NCBI GenBank assembly: GCA_965215005.1
Contig: CBDCCZ010000019.1
Location: 1-64,000, forward strand
DNA: 64,000 nucleotides
From: Kofleriaceae bacterium
GTDB lineage: Bacteria > Myxococcota_A > Polyangia > Haliangiales > Haliangiaceae
Direction: 5' to 3'
A model generated the notes under the pieces. That model saw only the letters and a list, made by a program, of their open reading frames with translations, searched no databases and had not been told where the DNA came from. Both the position numbers and the translations under genes were made by a program. Each line of letters begins with the position of its first letter. Positions within the stretch are counted from its first letter, which is position 1. Below are positions 10,123 through 20,098 of this stretch, one piece after another.

Positions 10123-10905
10123 GTGAGCATCCTCGACCGCTTTCGACTCGATGGCAGGCGTGCGTTCGTATCCGGCGCCAGCAGGGGGCTCGGTCGCGAG
10201 ATGGCTCTGGCGATGGCGGACGCAGGCGCTGAAGTCGCCCTGGTCGCACGGCCATCCGATGATCTCCAACGCGCGGCGGAGGAGGTGCGCGCCCTCGGCA
10301 GCTCGGCTTGGGTCCTGGAGGCGGACGTTGGCGATCCGCAGGCCTGCGAGGAGGTTTGCCATCGCGCGCTGGAGGAGATCGGACCCTTCGACATACTGGT
10401 GAACAACGTCGGCGGGCGGCGCGCCAACGTGCCGACGCGGGACATGCCCCTCGACACCTGGCGCGAGCTGCTGGACCTCAACCTCACCAGCACCTTCCTG
10501 TGCAGCCGGATTCTCGGCGGCGCGATGATCGACGCCGGGCGGGGAGGGCGGATCATCAACGTCGCCTCGATCAACGCCCTCGTCGCGGGCCGCGGGATCG
10601 CCGGGCGCCACTACGAGGCGAGCAAGGCGGCCGTGCTCCAGTTCACGCGCACTCTGGCGGTCGATTGGGCGCCCCACGGCATCACCGCGAACGCCATCTG
10701 CCCCGGCTTCTTCCTGACCGAGCCCAACCGCCGATGGTCGCGAACCGAGCCCGAGACCATGAAGCGCGCCGTGGGCGACGTGCCCATGGGCTGCATGGGG
10801 GAGCCCGAGGACCTCGGACCCCTGGCCGTCTATCTGGCAAGCGATGCCTCGCGTTACATGACCGGCGCGGCGCTCGTCATCGACGGGGGCTACACGTGCC
10901 TCTGA
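10123..10905 (+). CDS. SDR family oxidoreductase (gluconate 5-dehydrogenase/KduD-like)
   Basis: SGASRGLG, NNVG, YEASK and DGG. Confidence 0.92.
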   Translation: MSILDRFRLDGRRAFVSGASRGLGREMALAMADAGAEVALVARPSDDLQRAAEEVRALGSSAWVLEADVGDPQACEEVCHRALEEIGPFDILVNNVGGRRANVPTRDMPLDTWRELLDLNLTSTFLCSRILGGAMIDAGRGGRIINVASINALVAGRGIAGRHYEASKAAVLQFTRTLAVDWAPHGITANAICPGFFLTEPNRRWSRTEPETMKRAVGDVPMGCMGEPEDLGPLAVYLASDASRYMTGAALVIDGGYTCL

Positions 10906-10980
10906 CCGCCCGAATGCGCCCGCGTCGCCGAATGCTCGGCGCACGCAACCCCTCTCTCGACCATCCCGAAAGGTGGAGCC

Positions 10981-12522
10981 ATGCGGAAGAGACTTGCCAA
11001 CCTCCTAGGGGCCGTCGTCCTCACGACGGGCGCGGCCTTGGCCTCGGGGCAGCCGGCCCTGGCTCAGACCCTGCGATACGCCACCATCGGCGAGCCGCCG
11101 AGCCTCGACGTGCAGATGGGCACGGCGACGCTGGCGACGACCATCGCGCAACACATGTTCGAGACGCTCTACGCCTTCGACTCGCAGTCCGAGCCGCAGC
11201 CGTTCCTGGCCGAGGGCGAGACAGTGAGCGAGGACGGCAGGGTGATCGTCATCGAGCTCCGCCAGGGCGTGATGTTCCACGACGGGCGTGAGATGACGGC
11301 CGAGGACGTGGCCGCCTCGCTCTCCCGCTGGGGCGAGTTCGGCGCCCGCGGCGAGCTCCTCGGCTTCGAGAGCGCGGAGGCGACCGGCCCCTACGAGGTG
11401 ACGTTGCGCCTCAGCGCGCCCAACGGGGCTTGGAAGAGCATGCTGGCCTTCCCGAACGGCGGCCCGGTGATCTACCCCGCCGACATCGTGGAGGCCGCCG
11501 GCGGCGAGCCGCTCGCGCCCGAGAACTACGTCGGAACGGGACCCTACGAGTTCGGCGAGTTGCGCCCGAACCGCTACGTCGAACTCGTGCGGTTCGAGGA
11601 CTACACCTCGCGCCCGGAGCCGACCGACGGCTACGCCGGCGCGCGCGTGGCAGAGCTGGAGACGCTGCAGTTCGTCCCCGTGCCGGACGTCGGCACACGC
11701 GTCAGCGGCGTGCAGGCCGGCGACTACGACTACGCCGAGTTCGTCTCTGGCGACCTCTACTCGCTGCTGCGCGACGACCCCTCGGTCGCCATCCGCATCA
11801 GCGACGCGCCGATCTTCGGCCTGATGTTCATGAACTCCGAGGAGGGCCCGCTGGCCGAGAACCTCGAGCTGCGCCAGGCGATCCTCGCGGCGCTCGACAT
11901 GGAGGAGGCGCTGCGCGTCTCGGTGGGCGAGGAGGAGCTCTGGGACGCCAACGGCTCCTTCTTCACCGAGGGCACCGTCTGGTACACCGAGAGCGGGACC
12001 GACAAGTACAACCAGGGCGACCCGGAGCTCGCCAAGTCGCTCGCGGAGGAGGCGGGCTACGACGGCACGCCGATCCGGCTCCTCGTCTCCACCAACTACA
12101 AGGAGCACTTCGACCAGGCGACGGTCTTCACCCGCCAGCTCGCGGACGCCGGGATCAACGTCGAGATGGTCGTCACCGACTGGGCGACGCTGCTGACGCT
12201 GCGTGGCCAGCCCGCGGAGTGGGACCTCTTCATGACCCATCACGGGACCATCCCCGATCCCGTTCTGCTGACCGTCATGAACGACACCTATCCGGGATGG
12301 TGGGCGACCGACGAGAAGCACGCGCTCGCGGCGAGGTTCACCGAGACCGCCGACCTCGAGGCGCGGGAGGAGTCTTGGGGCGAGCTTCAGGCCCTCATCT
12401 ATGAGCAGGTCCCCACGGTGAAGGTCGGCGACGTCTTCTCCTTCGACATCGCCTCGCCGCAGCTCGCGACCGCCTGGGAGGAGGCGCCGGCGTTCCCGTT
12501 CTTCTGGGGCGCCTCGAAGTAG
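10981..12522 (+). CDS. ABC transporter substrate-binding protein, family 5
   Basis: Signal peptide, LRQGVMFHDG and GTGPY. Confidence 0.93.
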   Translation: MRKRLANLLGAVVLTTGAALASGQPALAQTLRYATIGEPPSLDVQMGTATLATTIAQHMFETLYAFDSQSEPQPFLAEGETVSEDGRVIVIELRQGVMFHDGREMTAEDVAASLSRWGEFGARGELLGFESAEATGPYEVTLRLSAPNGAWKSMLAFPNGGPVIYPADIVEAAGGEPLAPENYVGTGPYEFGELRPNRYVELVRFEDYTSRPEPTDGYAGARVAELETLQFVPVPDVGTRVSGVQAGDYDYAEFVSGDLYSLLRDDPSVAIRISDAPIFGLMFMNSEEGPLAENLELRQAILAALDMEEALRVSVGEEELWDANGSFFTEGTVWYTESGTDKYNQGDPELAKSLAEEAGYDGTPIRLLVSTNYKEHFDQATVFTRQLADAGINVEMVVTDWATLLTLRGQPAEWDLFMTHHGTIPDPVLLTVMNDTYPGWWATDEKHALAARFTETADLEAREESWGELQALIYEQVPTVKVGDVFSFDIASPQLATAWEEAPAFPFFWGASK

Positions 12523-12541
12523 CCCCCGGCGGCCCGCGCCC

Positions 12542-13489
12542 ATGGGGAGATACGTCCTGAGGCGGACCGGCGCTGCGATCGCCACCCTGATCGCCGCGTC
12601 GGTCGTCGTCTTCGCCTTCATCCACGCGATCCCGGGCGATCCGGTCTACGTCATGCTGGGCGATGAGGCGACGCCGCAGCAGGTGGCGGCGCTGCGCTCG
12701 CGCCTGGGCCTCGACCAGCCCCTCGTCGCCCAATACTTCCTCTGGGCCGGGAGCGCGCTGCGCGGCGACCTGGGCACGTCGATCTTCTTCCAGTCGCCGG
12801 TCACGGAGGTGATCGCCGACGGGGCCGAGACGAGCCTGCTCCTCGCCTCGATCACCATGGTCTGGATCGTGGCGTTCGGGGTCCCCGTGGGCGTCCTGGC
12901 CGCGACGCGCCAGGGCAGCTGGATCGACCAGGGGCTGTCGGGCCTGGCGATGCTGCTCGCCTCCATCCCCACCTTCTGGGTCGGGCTCTACCTCATCCTG
13001 ATCTTCGCCGCGGGCCTGGGCTGGCTGCCGAGCTCCGGCTACCCCTCGATCTTCGAGGAGGGCGGCCTCGCGAACCTGCGCTACCTTCTGCTGCCGAGCC
13101 TGGCGCTCGCCGCGCCCAACGCCGCGCTGATCCTGCGGCTGACGCGAGCCTCCATGCTCGACGTCGCCAAGGAGGACTACGTGCGCACCGCGCGCGCCAA
13201 GGGCATCCATCCGCGCCGCGTCGTCACCGGCCACATCCTGCGCAACGCGCTGCTCGCGGTGGTCTCCGCCTTCGGCTTCACCTTCGCGGCGCTGATCTCC
13301 GAGGCCGTCGTGACGGAGACCGTCTTCGCGCTGCCGGGCATCGGGCGCACCGTGGTGCAGTCGATCCTACGGCGTGACTACCCCGTGATCCAGGGCGTGA
13401 TCCTCGTCACGGTCTGCCTCTACCTCCTCATCAACCTGGCGGTCGACCTCTCCTACCGCCTCCTCGACCCGCGGGTGGAGCTCGAATGA
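12542..13489 (+). CDS. Dpp/Opp-type ABC permease (DppB-like)
   Basis: PGDP, GDLGTS, EAA-like loop DYVRTARAKG and DPRV. Confidence 0.93.
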   Translation: MGRYVLRRTGAAIATLIAASVVVFAFIHAIPGDPVYVMLGDEATPQQVAALRSRLGLDQPLVAQYFLWAGSALRGDLGTSIFFQSPVTEVIADGAETSLLLASITMVWIVAFGVPVGVLAATRQGSWIDQGLSGLAMLLASIPTFWVGLYLILIFAAGLGWLPSSGYPSIFEEGGLANLRYLLLPSLALAAPNAALILRLTRASMLDVAKEDYVRTARAKGIHPRRVVTGHILRNALLAVVSAFGFTFAALISEAVVTETVFALPGIGRTVVQSILRRDYPVIQGVILVTVCLYLLINLAVDLSYRLLDPRVELE

Positions 13490-14349
13490 CGGGCGGGATC
13501 CGACCTTGGATCGCGCCGATCGCCTCGCGGCCGCTGGCCTCGGCTGGGATGGTCGTGCTGGCCATCGTGGTGATCTTCGCCTGCTTCGCGCCGCTGATCG
13601 CCCCTTACGGTCCCGAGGAGATCGACCCAATCAACCGGCTCCTGCCGCCGAGCACGGAGCACTGGTTCGGCACCGACCATTTCGGCCGCGACACCTTCAG
13701 CCGGGTCGTCTACGGCTCCCGGCTGGCGCTTCTGATCGGCGTCGGCGTGGTCGCCTTCGCGCTCCTCACCGGGGTCCCGATCGGCATCGTCTCGGCGCTC
13801 TTCCCCATGGTCGGGCGCGTTCTGATGCGCATGGTCGACGTGCTGATGGCCTTCCCCTCGCTCCTGCTGGCGCTGGGGCTGATCGTCATCCTGGGACAGG
13901 GCGTCTTCAACGCCATCCTGGCGATCGGGCTCATCTACCTCACGACCACCGCGCGCATCGTCTACGGCGTCACGCTGCGCCTGCGCGCGGAGCCCTACGT
14001 CGAGGCCGCGCGCTCGATGGGCGCGGGAACGCTCTGGATCGTCAGCAAGCACATCCTGCCCAACATGGTCTCGCCGCTCCTCGTACAGGCGAGCTTCGTC
14101 TTCGCCTTCGCTCAACTCGGTGCCGCCGCACTCGACTTCCTCGGCCTCGGCGCCCCGCCCGACGTTCCGAGCTGGGGCAACATGCTGGCGGAATCGCGCA
14201 TCTACATCACGCGCGCGTCGTGGCTGCTGCTCTATCCGGGCCTCATGATCGTGCTCACGGCCTTCTCCCTCAACCTCGTGGGCGACGCGCTGCGCGACCG
14301 CATGGACCCGCGGTTCCGCGAGATGCTCGGCCGTGGGCGGAGGGTGTAG
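13486..14349 (+). CDS. Dpp/Opp-type ABC permease (DppC-like)
   Basis: HWFGTDHFGRD, YVEAARSMGA and PSWGNML. Confidence 0.93.
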   Translation: MTGGIRPWIAPIASRPLASAGMVVLAIVVIFACFAPLIAPYGPEEIDPINRLLPPSTEHWFGTDHFGRDTFSRVVYGSRLALLIGVGVVAFALLTGVPIGIVSALFPMVGRVLMRMVDVLMAFPSLLLALGLIVILGQGVFNAILAIGLIYLTTTARIVYGVTLRLRAEPYVEAARSMGAGTLWIVSKHILPNMVSPLLVQASFVFAFAQLGAAALDFLGLGAPPDVPSWGNMLAESRIYITRASWLLLYPGLMIVLTAFSLNLVGDALRDRMDPRFREMLGRGRRV

Positions 14350-14353
14350 CGCG

Positions 14354-15322
14354 GTGCTCACGGTCGGCGATCTCGTGGTGAGCGTGGGCGGCCGGTCGGG
14401 CCGCACCGACATCGTGCGGGGGGTGTCCTTCGCCATCGCGCCGGGGGAGGTGCTGGGCCTCGTGGGGGAGTCCGGATCGGGCAAGAGCATGACCTCGCTG
14501 GCGGTCATGGGCCTCTTGCCGCACCCGCAGGCCTGGGTCGCCTCGGGCCGGATCGAGCTCGACGGCGCCGACGTGACGGCGCTCAACCCCTACGAGCGCG
14601 TCAGGCGCCGCTGCGGCGGGGTCGCGATGATCTTCCAGGAGCCGATGTCCTCGCTCAACCCCGTCGTGCGGATCGGCCGGCAGATCGAGGAGGCGGTGCG
14701 TGTCCACGACCCCCGCGCCGCGCCGGGAGCCCGGGCGCGCGAGCTCCTCGACATGGTGCGCATCCCCGACGCCGGTCTCCAGCTCACCGCCTATCCGCAC
14801 GAGCTCTCGGGCGGCATGCGTCAGCGGGTGATGATCGCCATCGCGCTCGCCTGCCGCCCGCAGGTGCTGATCGCCGACGAGCCCACCACCGCGCTCGACG
14901 TCACCGTGCAGCGCCAGATCCTCGGCCTGATCCGCGAGCTCTGCGACGCGCTCGACATGGGCGTGCTCTTCATCACCCACGACCTCGGCGTCGTCTCGCA
15001 GCTCGCCGACCGCGTCGCGGTGATGTACGCGGGCGAGCTGGTGGAGACCGGCGGCGTGGAGCGCCTCTTCCGCGCGCCGATGCACCCCTACACGCAGGGC
15101 CTTCTGTCCTGCGTGCCCGATCCTGCGTCGGAGGACCCGAGGCTCCACACCATCCCCGGCGGGGCGCCGCGGCCCGGGGAGATCGCCGATGGATGCCCCT
15201 TCGCGCCGCGCTGCTTCGAGGTCGCGGAGCGATGCCGCTCGGGACCCGTGCCCTGGGCCGGGGACGGCGCCGGGCGCCGGGCGCTGTGCCACTTCCCGCT
15301 TGCGGGGGCGATCCCGGCATGA
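14354..15322 (+). CDS. ABC ATPase (DppD-like)
   Basis: [20 protein letters not shown] and a C-terminal Cys-rich region. Confidence 0.93.
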   Translation: MLTVGDLVVSVGGRSGRTDIVRGVSFAIAPGEVLGLVGESGSGKSMTSLAVMGLLPHPQAWVASGRIELDGADVTALNPYERVRRRCGGVAMIFQEPMSSLNPVVRIGRQIEEAVRVHDPRAAPGARARELLDMVRIPDAGLQLTAYPHELSGGMRQRVMIAIALACRPQVLIADEPTTALDVTVQRQILGLIRELCDALDMGVLFITHDLGVVSQLADRVAVMYAGELVETGGVERLFRAPMHPYTQGLLSCVPDPASEDPRLHTIPGGAPRPGEIADGCPFAPRCFEVAERCRSGPVPWAGDGAGRRALCHFPLAGAIPA

Positions 15323-16281
15323 GCGCGGACGCCATCCTCGAGATCCGCGACCTCAGGAAGAGCTTCCGTGCGCGGCGCGGCGGCCGCGCCTACGAGGTGA
15401 GGGCGGTCGACGGCGTGTCGCTCGCGGTCGAGCGCGGCGAGGTGCTGGGCATCGTCGGCGAGTCGGGCTGCGGCAAGACCACGCTGGGGCGCATCGTCAT
15501 GCGGCTCGAGCGGGCCGATGCCGGGCAGGTGGTCTTCGACGGGCGCGACCTGCCCGTCCGGGGCCGGCGCGACCTGCGCGCGGCGAGGCTCCGGATCCGC
15601 ATGATCTTCCAGGACTCCTCCGCCGCGCTCGACCCCCGCCGCTCGGTGGGCGACTCGGTGGCGGAGACCGGCGACATCCACCGCGTCTTCGCGAGCCGGC
15701 GCGACCGCGCCGCGCGCATCGCCGAGACGCTGGAGCAGGTCGGGCTGGACGCGTCCTTCGCCGAGCGCCATCCGCACGAGCTCTCGGGCGGCCAGCGCCA
15801 GAGGGTCGGCATCGCCCGCGCCATCCTGCCCGCGCCCGACCTCATCATCGCCGACGAGCCCGTCTCGGCGCTCGACGTCTCGGTGCAGGCGCAGGTGCTG
15901 AACCTGCTGGCCGACCTCAAGGCGCGGCTGGGTCTCACGATGATGTTCATCTCCCACGACCTCGGCGTGGTGGCCAAGATCTCCGACCGGGTCGTAGTGC
16001 TCTACATGGGCACCGTGGCGGAGGTCGGGGCGGCGCGGGCGCTCTTCGCCGAGCCCGCGCACCCCTACACGGCGCTCCTGATCTCGGCGATCCCGCGGTC
16101 CGACCCCTCGGACCGGGTGACGGGTGCCGTCGAGATGGGCGAGCCGCCGAGCCGTTTCCGGCAGATCGCCGGCTGCCCCTTCCGCGACCGCTGCCCGAAG
16201 CGCACCGCCCGATGCGACGCCGAGGCGCCGATGCTGCGGGCGATCGCGCCCGACCGCATGGTCTCCTGCCACAACGTCTGA
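15319..16281 (+). CDS. ABC ATPase (DppF-like)
   Basis: GESGCGKT, LSGGQRQR and HPYT. ATGA overlap with the previous gene. Confidence 0.93.
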   Translation: MSADAILEIRDLRKSFRARRGGRAYEVRAVDGVSLAVERGEVLGIVGESGCGKTTLGRIVMRLERADAGQVVFDGRDLPVRGRRDLRAARLRIRMIFQDSSAALDPRRSVGDSVAETGDIHRVFASRRDRAARIAETLEQVGLDASFAERHPHELSGGQRQRVGIARAILPAPDLIIADEPVSALDVSVQAQVLNLLADLKARLGLTMMFISHDLGVVAKISDRVVVLYMGTVAEVGAARALFAEPAHPYTALLISAIPRSDPSDRVTGAVEMGEPPSRFRQIAGCPFRDRCPKRTARCDAEAPMLRAIAPDRMVSCHNV

Positions 16282-16359
16282 GGACGCCTTGCAGGCGGGG
16301 GGGATGGCGGTGCGGCCGCGAGCGGGGAGCTGATCGCCCTCGCGGACCGGCGCGGACGC

Positions 16360-17526
16360 TCAGCCCTCCTCGCCGCCCGTCCACCACCGCCCGCCGATCA
16401 CCATGCCGGCGCAGGCGAGCTGCCCGTTCGACGTCAGGACCTCGCCCACCACGTCGACGTGCCGGACCTCCCGCTCCTCCAGCCTGAGCACCGTCGCGTC
16501 GCCCACGCCGCCCGGCCGCAGCGTTCCCAGCTCCTCGCGGCGCAGCGCGCGGGCGGCATTGGCGGTGGTCGCGCGGATCACCTCCTCGAGCGGCATCCCC
16601 AGCGCCATGAACTTCGACATCACGGCCAGCACGTCGTGCGCCGGTCCATCGACGCACAGCACGTGCACGTCGCTGCTGATGACGTCGGGCATGATGCCCT
16701 CAGACAGCATGGCGCGGGCGGAGTCGAAGGAGAACCCGCCGTAGCCGTGGCCGATGTCGAAGATCACCCCGCGCTCCCGCGCCGCCAAGACCTCGGCCCG
16801 GATCTCGCGGCTCGCGCGGATGGGGGCGTTCGGGAACGGGCGGAAGCAGTGGGTGAGCACGTCGCCGGGGCGCAGGATCTCGAGCACCTCGCGCTGGCTC
16901 GGCGGTGGGAAGTCGATGTGCGCCATCACCGGCAGTCCGAGCGCGTCGGCGACCTCCATCGCCAGGTGAAGCGGTGCGATCCCGGAGTTGCCGCCCGCCC
17001 GCGAGCCGATCCGCGCCTTGATGCCGACCACGATGTCGAGGTTGTCGCGCGCCGCCGCGAGGCAGTCCAACGGGCTCACCAGCCCCATGTCGGCGCACTC
17101 GCCGACCATCACCGTCTTGGAGAACCCGAAGATGCCCGCGAAGGAGATGTTCACGTAGGCCAGGATCCGCGGCGCGGAGCGCTCGATGATGTGGCGGCGG
17201 AAGCCCGGGAAGTTGCCGGCGCCCGCGCTCCCGGCGTCCACGAAGGTCGTCGTGCCGCTGCGCCGGGCGATCTCCTCGGCGTCGACGCCGAGCGAGGTGC
17301 CGCCCCAGTAGACGTGCGTGTGCAGGTCAATGAGGCCGGGGGTGACGATGCAGCCGCTCACGTCGCGCACGTCGCGCGCTCTATCGGCCGCGAGGGTTCG
17401 GGCAACCTCGACGACCTTTCCAGCCCCGAAGGCGATATCGAAGGTGCCGTCGAGGTCCTGTCCGGGATCTACGACGCGTCCGTTCTTCAGGATGAGGTCA
17501 TGCATGATCGTCGGCTCGACGTTCAT
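16360..17526 (-). CDS. Amidohydrolase/deacetylase family metallohydrolase (dihydroorotase-like)
   Basis: PGLIDLHTH, GIK, MAH, THCF, DIGHG and SSDVH. Confidence 0.9.
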   Translation of the reverse strand: MNVEPTIMHDLILKNGRVVDPGQDLDGTFDIAFGAGKVVEVARTLAADRARDVRDVSGCIVTPGLIDLHTHVYWGGTSLGVDAEEIARRSGTTTFVDAGSAGAGNFPGFRRHIIERSAPRILAYVNISFAGIFGFSKTVMVGECADMGLVSPLDCLAAARDNLDIVVGIKARIGSRAGGNSGIAPLHLAMEVADALGLPVMAHIDFPPPSQREVLEILRPGDVLTHCFRPFPNAPIRASREIRAEVLAARERGVIFDIGHGYGGFSFDSARAMLSEGIMPDVISSDVHVLCVDGPAHDVLAVMSKFMALGMPLEEVIRATTANAARALRREELGTLRPGGVGDATVLRLEEREVRHVDVVGEVLTSNGQLACAGMVIGGRWWTGGEEG

Positions 17527-17679
17527 GGTGTGGGTCTCCTCCCAGGCGTCGTGGCGGCTCGGACCGGGCGTGCGCACCGCCCCTCGATCTTGGCACGGCA
17601 TGGGGCCTCGTCACAGCCCGGAGTGGAACCTCGATCTTGACGGCTGCAGCTCGGTCTCTCCCCGGCGCCGGTCGTGGCC

Positions 17680-18080
17680 TGGCCCCCCTTGAACGGGTCC
17701 AGCTATGATGTCGGCTTCGGCCGCGAGGGTCCTGACCGGATATCTGGTCCGGGGCAGGCTGTAGGCCGCCGGTACGAGGCGCACCTCGTGACCGTACGCC
17801 TGGCGCCACTCAGCCTCAGTGGTGCGACGCGGCGCGCGCCATTTAGCGCCCATCGCCACCACGTAGGCGGACTGATCGGCCAACCGTTGACGCAGCCGCA
17901 GCCGCGACATCGCTTTGTTGAAGACGACCCGGTCGTCAGGCCCGACGCCGCAGGCCCGGAAACTGCCCTTCTGCTCGGGTCGATCGCCAGAATGCCGACC
18001 TCGACCATGAATGCTTCCCCCGTGCGGTTCCCTTAGAACCATTCTGGCACACTCGATGCCATCGGGTGGGGGCATCCACC
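17680..18080 (-). mobile_element. Internally deleted IS110-family (IS1111-like) remnant
   Basis: Frameshifted N-terminus ILAID...SFRACGVGPDDRVVFNK...VVAM...GHEVRLVPAAY. Upstream GATGCCCCC...GGCATCG..TGTGCCAGA resembles an IS110 end. Boundaries are approximate. Confidence 0.65.
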
Positions 18081-18222
18081 GCATCAGTTCGACCTTCAGA
18101 CCTAGGGCTGGGCTTTAGGTTTCGAAGGTTCGGGCCAAGCCTTCCGTTGCGCAAGTTCGTACTCCTATGGCAGGCTTCGAGCCGAACGCTGCCTCAAACG
18201 GCGCGCGCAAGGGGAGTCCGGC

Positions 18223-19386
18223 ATGACGAGGACATGGGTGGCTGCGCTTGCAGCGACGACGCTGGTGACCGGCGCGCAGGCGCAGGACGACCCGCTCAAG
18301 ATCGGGATGATCGCGACGCTCTCGGGGGCGCCCGCGGCGCTGGGCGAGCAGGCCCGCGACGGCTTTCAGCTCGCGCTCGACCAGATGGGCGGGGAGCTCG
18401 GCGGCCGCCAGGTCGAGCTCATCGTCAAGGACGACGAGCTCGCGCCCGAGACGGCCCAGCTCGCCGCGCGCGAGCTCGTGGACCGCGAAGGGGTCGACTT
18501 CGTGGTCGGCACGATCTTCTCCAACATGCTGCAGGCCGTGTTCAAGCCGGTGGTGCAGTCCGAGACGTTCCTGATCAGCCCCAACGCCGGGCCCTCCACC
18601 TTCGCGGGGCGCAACTGCAACCCCTACTTCTTCGTCACCTCCTACCAGAACAACCAGAACTCCGAGGTCCTGGGCCAGTTCGCCAACGAGGCGGGCTACG
18701 AGCGGGTGTTCATGCTCGCGCCCAACTACCAGGCGGGGCGCGACAACTTCGAGGGCTTCAAGAAGACCTATCAAGGTACCGTGGTGGACGAGGTCTACGT
18801 TCCGCTCGACACCCAGGACTTCTCGGCCGAGCTCACGCGCATCGCGGGCGCGGACGCCGACGCGCTGTTCACCTTCATGCCGGGCGGCCTCGGCGTGCGC
18901 CTGGTGAAGCAGTTCCGCCAGGCGGGGCTCGCCGACCAGATGGACTTCATGTCGGTCTTCACCACCGACGAGACGACGCTGCCGGGCCAAGGCGCCGACG
19001 CGCTCGACTTCTTCGCCGCGGGCTCTTGGGCGCCCGACCTCGACAACGAGGCCAACCGGGCTTTTGTCGAGGCCTACTTAGAGAAGCACGGCACTGTCCC
19101 CGGCTCCTACGCCGCGCAGGCCTTCGACGCGGCCATGCTGATCGACAGCGCGGTGTCGGCGGTGGACGGCGATCTTTCCGACAAGGACGCTCTGCGCGAG
19201 GCGCTGCGCGCGGCCGACTTCGCCTCCGTCCGCGGCGACTTCGCGTTCGGCACCAACCACTACCCCGTGCAGGACTTCTACCTCCTCAAGGTCGTGGAGC
19301 GCGACGACGGCAACTTCGCCACCTCCGTCGATCGCGTGGTGTTCGAGGACTACGAGGATGGCTACGCCGCCGAGTGCCGGATGTGA
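18223..19386 (+). CDS. Branched-chain-type ABC substrate-binding protein (aromatic acid-binding clade), orphan
   Basis: Signal peptide, LKIG..TLSG, FSN, NAGPS, APNYQAG and SVRGDF.F..NHYPVQDFY. Confidence 0.88.
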   Translation: MTRTWVAALAATTLVTGAQAQDDPLKIGMIATLSGAPAALGEQARDGFQLALDQMGGELGGRQVELIVKDDELAPETAQLAARELVDREGVDFVVGTIFSNMLQAVFKPVVQSETFLISPNAGPSTFAGRNCNPYFFVTSYQNNQNSEVLGQFANEAGYERVFMLAPNYQAGRDNFEGFKKTYQGTVVDEVYVPLDTQDFSAELTRIAGADADALFTFMPGGLGVRLVKQFRQAGLADQMDFMSVFTTDETTLPGQGADALDFFAAGSWAPDLDNEANRAFVEAYLEKHGTVPGSYAAQAFDAAMLIDSAVSAVDGDLSDKDALREALRAADFASVRGDFAFGTNHYPVQDFYLLKVVERDDGNFATSVDRVVFEDYEDGYAAECRM

Positions 19387-19605
19387 GGCTAGCAGGGCGA
19401 GTTCTATGGCCTCTCGGCGGGTGCTGCGCCGATGTCCGGCAGTGGGACTAGTTTCACCAAAGACATGCGTACGCGGTCTACCTTTGCGGACGAGGCACTG
19501 ATGCTCGATCGCGGCGACGTCGTTTGAAGCGGCTCAAGGACGGCGATCGGCGTCGACCCGAGCGCCGTCGAGAAGCGCCTACATCTGTTAGCAGGGGGGA
19601 CGGAG

Positions 19606-20049
19606 ATGGCCTTGGATCAGGGGGTAACGCGCGCCGAGGAGGGGCTGACCGAGCGGCCTTGGAACGTGGTCGGGCAGAGCTACACGCCGAAGCTGCGTTC
19701 GGAGCACGCCTTTGCCTGGCACGCGATGCTGCCGCCCGACACCTTCGTGCCGCCACATATCCACACCACGCAGGACGAGTGGATCACGGTTCTCGAGGGG
19801 GAGCTGGAGGTGGAGTTCGAAGGGGAGACGGTGCGAGCGGGGCCGGGCGACGTGATCCGGATGCCCCAGGGCCGCCCGCACGGCATCTTCAACCGATCGG
19901 GCCGCGAGGCGGTGTGCCACTTCGCAGTGGCGCCGGCAGGGCAGCTCTTCGAACTCTTCGAGCGGCTCGACGGGCTGACCGACCCCGACGAGTTGGTGCG
20001 GATCTCCGCGGAGCACGACGTGGAGTTCCTGCCGCCGCCGGAAGGATGA
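19606..20049 (+). CDS. Cupin domain protein
   Basis: PPHIHTTQDE...GD..RMPQGRPH metal-binding motif. Confidence 0.88.
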   Translation: MALDQGVTRAEEGLTERPWNVVGQSYTPKLRSEHAFAWHAMLPPDTFVPPHIHTTQDEWITVLEGELEVEFEGETVRAGPGDVIRMPQGRPHGIFNRSGREAVCHFAVAPAGQLFELFERLDGLTDPDELVRISAEHDVEFLPPPEG

Positions 20050-20098
20050 TGGGCTGGCGGCGGAGCGGCGCGCGACCCGCAGGGGAGGCTGGCGGAAG

